A stretch of DNA of 64,000 bases from Fibrobacteria bacterium (GCA_041746255.1 JBGTHM010000053.1:32001-96000); one strand, 5' to 3'; positions 38,698 to 47,808 are shown, counted from the first letter of the stretch. Notes: generated from the sequence alone by a model not told the origin. A program made the numbers and translations.

Positions 38698-40046
38698 AAA
38701 CGCGCCATATGTTCACTTTGCTGCGGATGTGGCTATTGGCTGGGATGGTTTCCGCCGCAGGCCTTTTTGCGGCGCCGATGCATCTGGGTTCGCGCGATAT
38801 TTATGCAGGGGGCAAGACGCATGTCGAGGCGCCCATTCTCCTAACCAATTTTGACCAGCAGGTGGTGAAGCGGGTGGATTTCACTTTGCGCTACCCTACC
38901 GCTGCTTTAGGCTCCCCAGCTCTTCCCGCTGCTTCCATCATGGAGGGTTGGACGGCGAATATCGTTTCCTCCGGCGCGGGATGGGTGCGAATTTCGGCGG
39001 AAAACGGCGGGGAAGGGACGGAAGTATCCTGGTTACATCTGCTCAACCTGCGTTTCCCAACGACGGGTACTTCTACGCAGTCGCTCGAATTCGAGGAAAT
39101 CCGGATAAACGGGATTATCCTGGCTGGTCTTGAAACCACCCCCTTTCGTATCCGGAATACTTCGCTTCCAGCCAAGGGCGATATCAATGGGGATGGCCGT
39201 ATCGATATTGCCGATGTCGATGCGGCATTGGAGGCGTTGACTGCGGGAACGGCTAACTCCACTTTTCCGGACTTCAACCAAAGTGGCTCCTTCGATGCTC
39301 ATGACGCGGGGTTGTTGCACCGCCATGTGGTGGGATTACTGCCAGGCTTGTTGAGCGCAGCTGCCGGTAATACCTACCCTCCGGCATTGGTACCGAAACT
39401 GACTATGCAGGCTCCGAAAGCATTGGGAAACAATATCTATTCCTACGTTGTCCGGGGCGAAAATTTGCGGGGGATCATTTCCGCGGATCTGGTGTTTCAA
39501 ATAGATGGGAATATCATTGCAAATATCAACTCTACCCGTTTCGCGCAAACCTCGGTTATCAGCAAGGAAGCGACCCTAGGGGGCCGGAGGCATATCCGGT
39601 TCTCGACTCCCCATGCCGTGGATAGTTCGCCACTGGATTGGCTGGAAATCATTGCCGTTCACAAACCGGGCCAAACGGGACAGGGGATTTCCATTCCGAA
39701 CTACTATGAGGTTAAAACCCAGTCTGCAAGTTCACCCGCAATGAACGCTGTCGGCATTACCTATGGTCTGCAAATATTTAATAATCCCCCAACGACTCGG
39801 GTCCACAATCCTAACGCTCCTCATGTTCCATTCACCAACTTGACCCTGGATAACTATTTATGTGAGTCGTATCGATGGGGTGAGGCCTATCCCTATTTAA
39901 TTTATAGCATGCAGGGCCGCCTCCTCCGGCGCGGTTTCCTCACGAGTGGCACCCCTGCCGTGCTCCCTGTGTTGCCCCCTGGAAAATACCAGCTCCGGCT
40001 GAATGGGCCCGAAGTCCTGAATTTCTCTCTCGACGTTCAGAAATAG
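38694..40046 (+). CDS. Secreted cohesin-like/dockerin/cohesin-like protein with T9SS-like CTD
   Basis: Signal peptide; VDFTLRYP..LLNLRF cohesin-like pattern; GDINGDGRIDIADV and PDFNQSGSFDAHDA dockerin EF-hand pair; YSMQGRLL..LPPGKYQLRL tail. ATGA coupling to the activator gene. Confidence 0.72.
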   Translation: MKTRHMFTLLRMWLLAGMVSAAGLFAAPMHLGSRDIYAGGKTHVEAPILLTNFDQQVVKRVDFTLRYPTAALGSPALPAASIMEGWTANIVSSGAGWVRISAENGGEGTEVSWLHLLNLRFPTTGTSTQSLEFEEIRINGIILAGLETTPFRIRNTSLPAKGDINGDGRIDIADVDAALEALTAGTANSTFPDFNQSGSFDAHDAGLLHRHVVGLLPGLLSAAAGNTYPPALVPKLTMQAPKALGNNIYSYVVRGENLRGIISADLVFQIDGNIIANINSTRFAQTSVISKEATLGGRRHIRFSTPHAVDSSPLDWLEIIAVHKPGQTGQGISIPNYYEVKTQSASSPAMNAVGITYGLQIFNNPPTTRVHNPNAPHVPFTNLTLDNYLCESYRWGEAYPYLIYSMQGRLLRRGFLTSGTPAVLPVLPPGKYQLRLNGPEVLNFSLDVQK

Positions 40047-40087
40047 TCCACCCCACTAATCCATACCACCCACTCTACATCAAAGCC

Positions 40088-40128
40088 ATCCCAACTTTGG
40101 GACAGGCCTTCCCATTTTCCGGATTCCC
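40088..40128 (+). promoter_or_regulatory. Tandem palindromic sites, putative enhancer (UAS)
   Basis: ATCCCA-N4-TGGGAC and TTCCCA-N4-CCGGAT, 21 bp apart. Confidence 0.6.
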
Positions 40129-40216
40129 GCCTAAGGTTATCCTTTTCCTCAAACCCTGCTTCCACCGGATTCGCAGGAATCACCCAATAATATTCCCATC
40201 CCTCACTTCAAACCTT

Positions 40217-40232
40217 TGGCCCGTACTTTGCA
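40217..40232 (+). promoter_or_regulatory. Putative sigma54 -24/-12 promoter
   Basis: TGGCCCGTACTTTGCA, one mismatch from TGGCACG-N4-TTGCW. Confidence 0.75.
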
Positions 40233-40244
40233 GTAGCACTAGGT

Positions 40245-40955
40245 ATGAATACAACCACTTCCTCCCGTCCCGCACGTTGGTTGGCGCATGAACTGGGCAA
40301 TTACCTGGCGGCCTTGCGCACGAATCTGAATCTGCTGTATGGTCGCGGTGAGGATATTCCCTCCCGCGATCGTCCTCGGTGGGAGCGTGTGCTCAACTCA
40401 TGCGAGAAGCTGGAGGCCATGACGAAGGATATGCTGCAATTGGGAAAAGAAGCCGATACGGATTCGCAGCCCCCTCTCCAATCCGGCTTCCGCACAGTGG
40501 ATTTGCCTACCCTGGTTAAACGCATTTGCCTCCGTGAGTTCTCTGATGCATTCGGGTCTATCCTCTTCTCGAGGGCCGGCGCATCCGGTAGACAGGTATT
40601 TGGAAATGAAACCTTGCTGGAGGGAGCTTTCTCCAACCTGTTCCGCAATGCCTTCGCGGCGGGAGCGACACGCATCGAGGTGGATTTTCGTTTGCTGGCA
40701 GGTAAGCTGGCGGTTTCCGTCGAGGATAACGGACATGGCTGTGGAGAAGAAATTCTCGATAAAATATTCGAAGACGATTTCACCACAAAAAAAGATGGCG
40801 CCGGGTTGGGAATGGGATTGGTACGCGAAATCGTGCATGCCCATGGGGGTGAGATAACAGCCTTTTCCAAAAACGTCCTGGGAAACGCTTCCGGGCTTAT
40901 CATCCTTTTGTCTTTTCCAATTAAGGGTGAAGGCTCCAAGCCAATAAAGCCTTGA
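40245..40955 (+). CDS. Histidine kinase without a sensor domain (HisKA + HATPase)
   Basis: LAHELGN H-box at residue 15; NLFRNA, EDNGHG, FTTK, GAGLGMG. Confidence 0.85.
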   Translation: MNTTTSSRPARWLAHELGNYLAALRTNLNLLYGRGEDIPSRDRPRWERVLNSCEKLEAMTKDMLQLGKEADTDSQPPLQSGFRTVDLPTLVKRICLREFSDAFGSILFSRAGASGRQVFGNETLLEGAFSNLFRNAFAAGATRIEVDFRLLAGKLAVSVEDNGHGCGEEILDKIFEDDFTTKKDGAGLGMGLVREIVHAHGGEITAFSKNVLGNASGLIILLSFPIKGEGSKPIKP

Positions 40956-41334
40956 GTTCGGAAGCCTGCGAAGCCTCTCCCTCCAACGGCTCCAGGCAAA
41001 GGTGCCGTCCTCCTGACCGACGCCAGTAGGCCGAATTGGGCAAATCTCCTTCGCGTTTATGGAAGATGGCATGCAATAAATCGAAATCCTTTTCGCCTTC
41101 GTGGGCCTGGGCGATTTCGTGGGCGGGTTCGCAGCGATCGTTCCACAGTAGGGCGATGGCGAGGACCAATTCTTGCAGCCGGGAATCCCAGTTCGCTTGG
41201 CGGCCCAGCAAGGATATTTTTTCGCGTAGGGCTTTCTCGGTGAATGCCTCCGGCCGGGACGACAAATCCGGCGAAGGTGCGCCCGAGGCGAATAATTCCC
41301 AGCCAACCCGGTTCAGGTCTACGGACTTTTCCAT
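40921..41334 (-). CDS. Conserved hypothetical protein
   Basis: AHEIAQ..LHAIFHKREGD..NSAYW pattern; co-oriented downstream of the phoR-like gene. Confidence 0.65.
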   Translation of the reverse strand: MEKSVDLNRVGWELFASGAPSPDLSSRPEAFTEKALREKISLLGRQANWDSRLQELVLAIALLWNDRCEPAHEIAQAHEGEKDFDLLHAIFHKREGDLPNSAYWRRSGGRHLCLEPLEGEASQASELKALLAWSLHP

Positions 41335-41346
41335 TACTGGGCGACC

Positions 41347-43110
41347 TCAGGTTTTCGGTGACACCAAAACATCGGGAGGGAACTCTACCAGGAAACGGCT
41401 GCCTTTGCCCACGGTGCTTTCCGCGCGCACATTGATGCCGTACCGGTGCGCCGCATGCTTTACGATGGAAAGGCCAAGCCCCGTGCCCTCGAACTTGGGC
41501 CGGGCCGCGTCGGCGCGGTAAAAACGTTCGAAAATACGGTTGAGAATCTCGGAGGACATCCCCTTGCCGGTGTCCTCCACCACCAATACCGCACCGTCTT
41601 TTTCCGTCAGGGTAATATTCACGCGTCCGCCACGCTCATTGTATTTGATGGCGTTGCTGATCAGATTATTGATTATGAGATCCAGATCATGCTGTTCCAT
41701 GCATACCCGCAGGTTTTTCGGAACGCGACAGTCGATACTCACCTCCATCTCTTCCTGGGCGTGCCGGTGCATGTGTAATGCGGCTTGCAGGCAGTCGTTC
41801 AGGTTCAATTCCTGAGGGTCGAGAGGGACATGACTGTATTCCAATTGGGAAAGATGCAGAAGGTTGAGTATCAACTTTTCCAGGCGCAAGGCGTTGACAT
41901 GGATTTTTTCCACGAAGGAGCGGCGAACCCGGTCGTTGTCCAGGGCGCCGTCGAGCAGGGTTTCCGAATAGCCTTTTATCGAAGACAGCGGGGTTTTGAG
42001 CTCGTGCGAGGCATTGGCCACGAATTCGGTTTTCATGCGATCGAGGTTGCGGAATTCGCCGATGTCGGTAAGAGTGATGAGAAGTTCGCCGATGTCGCGG
42101 GGCCCCAGCGGTCTTATGTGACAAGAGATATCATGATCCGAAAAGGGGCCTTTATCGAAGCGGACGGAAGCAGGGTTTCCGGTTTCCCTCACGCGGAGGA
42201 CGGCATCGAGCAAAGGTTTCACCTGCACTTGTTCATGCAGCGCTTTGCCGTGCAAGGATCTTTCCGCCTCCAACCCCAGCAAATGGCGGAAGGCCGGATT
42301 CGCCACGCGTATGCGACCTTGATTGTTCACTATCACGATGCCCTCATGCAATTGGTTGAGGATGAGGAGCAGATTGTCTTTTTCCAATTCCAAATCGTGG
42401 TGATTGCGTTGCAAACCACGGGCGTACAAATTCCAAGATTCGCCCAGGAAGGCGGTCTCGGAAAATCCTTCCTCAGACTTCGGTTCCAAAGGTTTGCGGT
42501 TTCCCGGCGGAACCATGCCTTGCAGCGAAACCAATATTCTGCGATTCATCCATCCACCGGCGAGGAAGGAAATTCCCAATACCGCAAAAGGAAACGCGAA
42601 GAGCAAGGCGACTCCGTAGGTTCGATAGGAGTTCAATAAAGCCTGTTCGTTGGCGAGACGGACATAGTGTCCGGATTTGAGGCGTTGGGCCACATAGAAC
42701 ATCTGCCGTCCCAGCGTATGAGAAAACCGTTGCGATACGCCCCAGCCTCGGTTGCGCGCCATTTCCAATTCAGGGCGATGGAGATGATTGGCTGTTTCCC
42801 CCAGGCCGATGGCGGGAATGTGGGAATCGGCAAGCACCCCTCCCGCTTCGTCGATGAGACTGACCCGATGGCCGCTTACGGCGGAAATCGCCTTGGCGAA
42901 AGAATCGGCAACGGCGGTATGGAAGAGCAAGCCGGGGTTCTCTTCCAATTCACCGCGTATCCACTGCAAATGACTATTAAGGTCGCCTTCGAGGGAGGCG
43001 GATAACCGCGCCTGTCCCAAACGAAAAAGACCGATCATGAAAATGAACAGCACCGCTCCGAATAGAAGGTAGGAGATGAGAAGGCTATGTCGGAGGGAGC
43101 GCCAAGGCAT
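41347..43110 (-). CDS. phoR: PhoR-like sensor histidine kinase
   Basis: Two TM helices, NHLHRPE periplasmic motif, PAS, EFVANASHELKTPL, RIFERFYRAD, GTGLGLSIVKH. Confidence 0.8.
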   Translation of the reverse strand: MPWRSLRHSLLISYLLFGAVLFIFMIGLFRLGQARLSASLEGDLNSHLQWIRGELEENPGLLFHTAVADSFAKAISAVSGHRVSLIDEAGGVLADSHIPAIGLGETANHLHRPELEMARNRGWGVSQRFSHTLGRQMFYVAQRLKSGHYVRLANEQALLNSYRTYGVALLFAFPFAVLGISFLAGGWMNRRILVSLQGMVPPGNRKPLEPKSEEGFSETAFLGESWNLYARGLQRNHHDLELEKDNLLLILNQLHEGIVIVNNQGRIRVANPAFRHLLGLEAERSLHGKALHEQVQVKPLLDAVLRVRETGNPASVRFDKGPFSDHDISCHIRPLGPRDIGELLITLTDIGEFRNLDRMKTEFVANASHELKTPLSSIKGYSETLLDGALDNDRVRRSFVEKIHVNALRLEKLILNLLHLSQLEYSHVPLDPQELNLNDCLQAALHMHRHAQEEMEVSIDCRVPKNLRVCMEQHDLDLIINNLISNAIKYNERGGRVNITLTEKDGAVLVVEDTGKGMSSEILNRIFERFYRADAARPKFEGTGLGLSIVKHAAHRYGINVRAESTVGKGSRFLVEFPPDVLVSPKT

Positions 43111-43167
43111 GGCAGGAAATTAGTAAAAACCCGGTGCGGGCCCGTTTTAAGCGGGAGTCCGGTTCGA

Positions 43168-46100
43168 CTAAAATTCCCGCAAAGGCAGGGATTGACTCCA
43201 GGCGGTGTTGGGGCCGCGAGCCTCCAACAATAGGAAGGCGGCTTGGGATGCACGTCGGGAGGGTGCCAAGGTGGAAAGGCTAAGCCGGTAATTCCCTGCC
43301 GGCCACTCCGCTTTCCCAATCCGGTTGAGCCGCACTCCATTCGCGTTATAGAGCGAGATTTCCAATCGCGTGGCATGAGGCAGGGAAAAGTGAAGCAGGG
43401 TTTCGGCGTTGTTGTGGGAAAGGTGGGCGGAGAATTTATCCGGTGAGTCATTGCGGTTTAGCCAGTGACCGGCCATCAATGCCGAAGGCCCTGCCCAGAT
43501 TTCGAGGGTATCACTGGCAACCGGCGGCAGCGCTATCGCAAAAGCGGTATCGATGCGGCGGGCTGGACCGGTGGAGGAGACCATCCATACTTGCCAATCG
43601 AAAGGCAGGTCCTTGGTTAAAATGGACAGGCTGTCCGGGGCCTCGCTCCGACTGCGTTGGGAAATTACCCGCCAACGCAGGATGCTCTCTCCCTCGAAAC
43701 GGACCACGTCGGTTCCCAACTTACGGCCCTCCCGGTGCGACCAAATGGCCCCGGGAATTTGAGCGGTATTGGCCGGAGGGAAAAATTCGTCTTCAATGGA
43801 TAATCCCGTGCCCGCGCCGGGCGTCGCGCCCAGCAGGAGAAAATTTCCTCGTTTCAGCAAAAGGTGCATCCGGTTTCCCGAGCCTGTCTTGCGCATGGCT
43901 ATGGGCTTGGCGGAGAAGGGCTTTTCCAACAAGGTAACGGAGGCTTCTTTGTTGTAGCAATACACGAAATAGCCGCGCCAGGGCTCAAGCGAATCGCTGG
44001 GGAAATAGTTCCCGCTATTCGCGTCGTAAATCCAAGGGTTTTTGATGGGGTTGTAGAAGTACGTTTCCAGATCCTGGCGTGATCCCGGCCAGTAAAGGGT
44101 TTTTTCCCGGGTATTCGAAACGAGGTTCCAGCCTTCCCGCAGATTGATCTTGACGCTGCCGTTTAGGGTGGTGGATGCGGAAGTGACTTCGTGGAAAAGG
44201 GCGCTTTTGAGGCTCGAGGGGCTACTCAACCAAAAAGCCTGGTGGGCAGGCAGCGTGTCTTCGTCCCGAAGATTACGATATGCCTGCTTGGCCGCGTCCC
44301 AGGCCGTTCCTTTGAGCGAGGCGACCCCGTTGTTTTTCCGCAGTCCGCCGAGAGTCAGGGGCGGATCGAGCGCGATGGGCACACTTACCAAATCCCAGGG
44401 CGCGCCCCCGTTCACGCCCACTTTCCAGGAGGAGGGGCTTCGGTAATTTGTAAGCCGTCGTTTCGGGAGAAAGGTGGAGTTGGAGTCGGTCGGAAACAGG
44501 GAAAGCTGCCTACCGTCGCCGACCTGGATATTTATCCGCACCGGGTCGGATGCGTTGTCCCCGTTTTCAACCAGCAGAACCAAGTCCTTGCCGGTTGTCC
44601 ATTCGAGATATTGCCATTCGGGCGATGCTGCGTCCGACCTTTTTATCGCGACCTTAAGATTCGAGGTATTGTCTTGTAAGGTGAATTCCAGTTCGGTATG
44701 ACCGTCCGCGTTCACTTGTTCTTTTTCGAGCTTGATAAGCGGAGCGAGCGTATCGCGGGCGCGGAAGTAGACTCCGGACCCGGGGAGCGTCACGGTGGCT
44801 GCGGAGGTGAGATTGAGGGTGCGATTTCCGTCCGCTACCCAGTACAGTTCCCCTTCATTGGAACCGGTGTAATGGAATCGCGCCAGGGAGGAATCGTTCA
44901 CGCTGGGCAAGGTCAGTCGGAATGCGCATTCCGGCGCCGCGAAGCCCGGATAAGTCTTCAAGCTGTCTTCCGGCAGGGCTTTAAACTGGGCGGTTGATCC
45001 GGCCGACTCCCAGGTAACCCGGCAATGGTTGCTTAAGCGGAATTCTCCGCCGGGAATCAAGCTTACGGGGCCGGTAGGGGCGAAACGATAATTTGTCGAT
45101 ATTATCGGACTGGCGCGGCGGAGATCGCCGTCACCGATAATGGCAACGGCGCGGAGAGTGGTTTCCTGCGAGATACGCAGCGGTGCTTGATAGATTATGC
45201 CCGAATTCATATCCGGAGCAGTTCCATTCAAAGTATATCGGATGACGGCATTGGAATCCGCTGCGTGCAAAACCACTTCGGCTTCCGATGCGAAGAGCCC
45301 GCCGCCCGGTGAGACGACGGGCGGGGCGGGAATGCGGGCGTAGGCCTGGTCCATGATGGCGCTCGGCTCCACCCCTGGAGCATATGCGATGGCGCGAAGC
45401 CGCACACCCTGTTTAAGCACAAGCCTTTTTCCATAAAGCGCAGAAGCTTGGGTAGGCAGGGAACCGTCCAGGGTGTAATGCACGGAGACATCTGAAGCCG
45501 TAGCCGAGAGTGTCACTGCCAGCGAGTCCGTGAAATCCCGGCTTAAAGGCGAGGCTGTGGGTGGAACCAGACGCCGGGTGTAGAGGGCTTCCACCGTATC
45601 GCTGGTTTCCGCGTCGCGCGTACTGAAAGCCCAGATGCGCGTCGTAGTCCGCAGGATAATCGGGCTTTCGTAAAAACGCACCAGACCATCGCTTTCCAAT
45701 TTGTAATAGAGAGCCGCATTAGGCGCCGCGCCGCTCAAGGTAACTATGATGAGACTATCGGTGAATTCCGTGGCGCCCGGAGTGAAAATGGGCTTGGGCA
45801 GGGTTCCCGGCGAAGGAGAATTACGGATATAGAAGGCCTTGCCTATGACGCTGGTGTCGCCCTTTAGCACCGCGAAGGACTGGAGGTCGGTGGTGTTTCG
45901 CAACACGATAGGTTGGGAGTAGGGTTCCGGGTCGCCGTTGTCGCGCATGAAAAAAATGTCGGCCTGGAGGACTGCGACGCTTAAGGAAACCGTCACGCTG
46001 TCGTCGAAGTGCGATCCGGAAGGCGTGGCTGTAGGCGCGGGAAAAGAAACGAGAAGACGGGCGGCGGCGCTTTGCGCTTGACCGGAGGAGTTTCCCACGC

Positions 46101-47124
46101 GGCAGAAGAACAAGGATCCGCTATCCTTGAGCCCGGGCGATTCCAGGGTAAGCACCGCTGATTCGGCTCCCTTGATGGGAGTTCCGTCCTGGAACCACTG
46201 GTATTTCAAGATTCCAGAGCCTTGCGCGGAAATTTCGAAAACCGTTTTTTGCGCCACCAGCGCGCTCCGGTTTTCCGGATTTTTAAGGATGTTGGGCGCG
46301 CCCGGAAAGACCCAATTCTGGTTGCCGCCGGCATTGATACTTTCGTCGGCCTTGCCTTGGGCTTGCAGGGCTTTATTATTCGCCAGCACAATGTACTTGG
46401 CCGTCAGACTTCCCACGACGTTCAGATTCCAGGGCGCGTCCGGGTTGAGCAGTAAAAATGCCTGTTCGGCTCCCTGGAAATAAGCGTCGCCGCCGACGCC
46501 GAGTGTACGGCCGGCGAGGCTTGCGACCACGAATGAGCCGCCTTTTACTTCCAGGTTTTCCTGAATCGAGAGGTTATAGCCGTTGAGATCGAATGCTCCG
46601 GCGATTAGGTTCAAGTTGAGGCAAATCAATTGCGAAGCCAGGCGAACCGTTCCTTTTCCGGAGTGAATCAATTCCGGAGCGAGAATCCTTTGCGTGGGTC
46701 CTCGCAGGAGTTGCAGTGTCTGGGCGGTGAAATGAATTTCGCCATCGGAGGATCGGAAACGGGCGCCGGTGAAATCGGCGTTACCTGTTATTGTCAAAAC
46801 GCGTCCCCGTAAATCCCAATCGCCTTCGTAGGAGCCATTCACTACCAAGTCTTGGATGGATGCATGGCGCTGGAAGGAAACGTTTTTGGAACTGGTCTTA
46901 TCGAAAAGCACCTTGTCTCCGACTTCAGGAACCGTCAGGGAACTCCAGTTGACGGGGTTGTGCCAGCCGTTATCCGTGCCATTTCCCGTCCAGAGTATAT
47001 AGCCGTCTTTCAAGTATCCCAATCCAGGATTGATAGTTCCGGGGGATTGTCCAAATGACATCCCGGTGACGACGAGCCCAATGCATAGGCCCAAGGCGCG
47101 GAGAAGGGGGAAGTAATTATTCAC
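43168..47124 (-). CDS. Large secreted multidomain protein (beta-helix-like N-terminus, Ig, four chitobiase/Fn3-associated repeats, CTD)
   Basis: Signal peptide; WTGNG..WHNPVNWS..VP; Ig LKYQWFQDG..DSGSLFFC; four P..SP....F.DS..VTL..YTLDG.P repeats; GWNLVSN..PWRGYFVY; LYNANG tail. Confidence 0.8.
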   Translation of the reverse strand: MNNYFPLLRALGLCIGLVVTGMSFGQSPGTINPGLGYLKDGYILWTGNGTDNGWHNPVNWSSLTVPEVGDKVLFDKTSSKNVSFQRHASIQDLVVNGSYEGDWDLRGRVLTITGNADFTGARFRSSDGEIHFTAQTLQLLRGPTQRILAPELIHSGKGTVRLASQLICLNLNLIAGAFDLNGYNLSIQENLEVKGGSFVVASLAGRTLGVGGDAYFQGAEQAFLLLNPDAPWNLNVVGSLTAKYIVLANNKALQAQGKADESINAGGNQNWVFPGAPNILKNPENRSALVAQKTVFEISAQGSGILKYQWFQDGTPIKGAESAVLTLESPGLKDSGSLFFCRVGNSSGQAQSAAARLLVSFPAPTATPSGSHFDDSVTVSLSVAVLQADIFFMRDNGDPEPYSQPIVLRNTTDLQSFAVLKGDTSVIGKAFYIRNSPSPGTLPKPIFTPGATEFTDSLIIVTLSGAAPNAALYYKLESDGLVRFYESPIILRTTTRIWAFSTRDAETSDTVEALYTRRLVPPTASPLSRDFTDSLAVTLSATASDVSVHYTLDGSLPTQASALYGKRLVLKQGVRLRAIAYAPGVEPSAIMDQAYARIPAPPVVSPGGGLFASEAEVVLHAADSNAVIRYTLNGTAPDMNSGIIYQAPLRISQETTLRAVAIIGDGDLRRASPIISTNYRFAPTGPVSLIPGGEFRLSNHCRVTWESAGSTAQFKALPEDSLKTYPGFAAPECAFRLTLPSVNDSSLARFHYTGSNEGELYWVADGNRTLNLTSAATVTLPGSGVYFRARDTLAPLIKLEKEQVNADGHTELEFTLQDNTSNLKVAIKRSDAASPEWQYLEWTTGKDLVLLVENGDNASDPVRINIQVGDGRQLSLFPTDSNSTFLPKRRLTNYRSPSSWKVGVNGGAPWDLVSVPIALDPPLTLGGLRKNNGVASLKGTAWDAAKQAYRNLRDEDTLPAHQAFWLSSPSSLKSALFHEVTSASTTLNGSVKINLREGWNLVSNTREKTLYWPGSRQDLETYFYNPIKNPWIYDANSGNYFPSDSLEPWRGYFVYCYNKEASVTLLEKPFSAKPIAMRKTGSGNRMHLLLKRGNFLLLGATPGAGTGLSIEDEFFPPANTAQIPGAIWSHREGRKLGTDVVRFEGESILRWRVISQRSRSEAPDSLSILTKDLPFDWQVWMVSSTGPARRIDTAFAIALPPVASDTLEIWAGPSALMAGHWLNRNDSPDKFSAHLSHNNAETLLHFSLPHATRLEISLYNANGVRLNRIGKAEWPAGNYRLSLSTLAPSRRASQAAFLLLEARGPNTAWSQSLPLREF

Positions 47125-47208
47125 AATTCTATTTTAGCGTAAATAGAGGGAAGAAAGGGAAGATAAATCTGTGCCTCCGATGTCCCGGATATACGGAGAC
47201 CCATCCCT

Positions 47209-47706
47209 TCAGTTTTCGGGAAATACCACTCCCAAGCGGAATTTCCAATGGAGCGGGGGATCGAAAAGTCCCTCGAATTCGCCAAATAGGCGATTGGCGA
47301 AGCGTAAGGAAAGGGAATAGAAGGGAGAATGGATGCGGATGAATTTCCGCTCCGGGGTGAGGTCCCCATCCCGATAGCGCAGCCGATTGTAGCCGGTATG
47401 GGCGAATCCCGCGCCAATTGCCGGCTCCAAATCCCAAATAGGCACAGTGGCGAAGGCATGCAGACTGCCGTTGGCGGAATAAACGGGCCGCTGGTTGAAC
47501 CTTCCGATTTCCCCCGTGATACGCGGCCTGAGGAACATAAGGTTCTTTTCAAGCAGCAGGGCAACCTGATAAACCGCCTCAACTCCCTGCTCGTCCGGTC
47601 CGAATTCGGATTCGATTTCGCCCCGGGTGAAAGCCGCCCCCATACGCAGGCGGATATCGGCTTGGACGCAGCCAACGAAAATCAAAGTAAAGCAAAGGAG
47701 GCGCAC
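47209..47706 (-). CDS. Small exported protein, probable outer-membrane beta-barrel
   Basis: Signal peptide, amphipathic strands, C-terminal WKFRLGVVF. Confidence 0.55.
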   Translation of the reverse strand: MRLLCFTLIFVGCVQADIRLRMGAAFTRGEIESEFGPDEQGVEAVYQVALLLEKNLMFLRPRITGEIGRFNQRPVYSANGSLHAFATVPIWDLEPAIGAGFAHTGYNRLRYRDGDLTPERKFIRIHSPFYSLSLRFANRLFGEFEGLFDPPLHWKFRLGVVFPEN

Positions 47707-47808
47707 GAGCGAAATATAACTATCGGATTATCTTACCAAAGTCCATGGCCCAGTCACGGCACTGGGAAACGACTCTTAAGGCGGAATAGTCCCTCAATCG
47801 CCGAGACT

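Noticed and set aside
41785..42639. 284-aa plus-strand ORF
   Set aside because: Antisense shadow of the phoR-like kinase.
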